From: a phage
Strand: one strand, 5' to 3'
Sequence record: PZ386980.1
DNA: 64,000 nt
Shown here piece after piece: positions 62,696 to 64,000 of this stretch; positions within the stretch are counted from its first letter, which is position 1; every line of letters starts with the position of its first letter. Under the pieces are notes generated by a model, which was not told the DNA's origin, did no database searches, and saw only the letters and a program-made list of their open reading frames with translations. The position numbers were made by a program, and so were the translations under genes.

Positions 62696-64000
<1,305 letters not shown>

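Overview
This window is a 64-kb slice of a T4-like (T-even, Tequatrovirus-type) myovirus genome, not a bacterial locus. Up to about 45.25 kb it is a dense minus-strand early/middle block: recombination genes 46/47, a-gt, late sigma factor 55, anaerobic ribonucleotide reductase nrdH-nrdG-nrdD (nrdD uninterrupted), endonuclease VII (49), glutaredoxin nrdC, a long accessory stretch of uncharacterised ORFs (tandem paralog families, an AAA ATPase + nucleotidyltransferase pair, GIY-YIG and HNH homing-endonuclease genes), rI, tk, a macro-domain-like ORF, regB, a GrcA-like glycyl-radical cofactor, denV, lysozyme e, nudE, internal-protein (ip) genes, a 9-tRNA cluster split by a segB-like gene, 57B/57A and genes 1, 3, 2, 4. 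From 45.3 kb the plus strand carries the late baseplate/tail-fibre/neck block 53, 5, 5.1, 5.4, 6-12, wac, 13-15 and the start of 16. Proteins are close to but not identical with T4 as I recall it (divergent fibritin, extra tRNAs, differently placed ip genes), so this is a T4 relative. I saw no CRISPR array, rRNA or integration signal. I could not identify one clearly novel multi-gene system; the best candidates are in the accessory regions (split HNH gene with flanking direct repeat, stem-loop/promoter cassettes, a repeat-flanked ip gene, paralog arrays, candidate counter-defence genes). All identifications rest on reading the sequence and on recalled T4 biology; no database search was run. 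The ORF track labels GTG/TTG starts as M, so several starts were moved to the first ATG with a Shine-Dalgarno. Regulatory-element coordinates are approximate (+/-2 nt).
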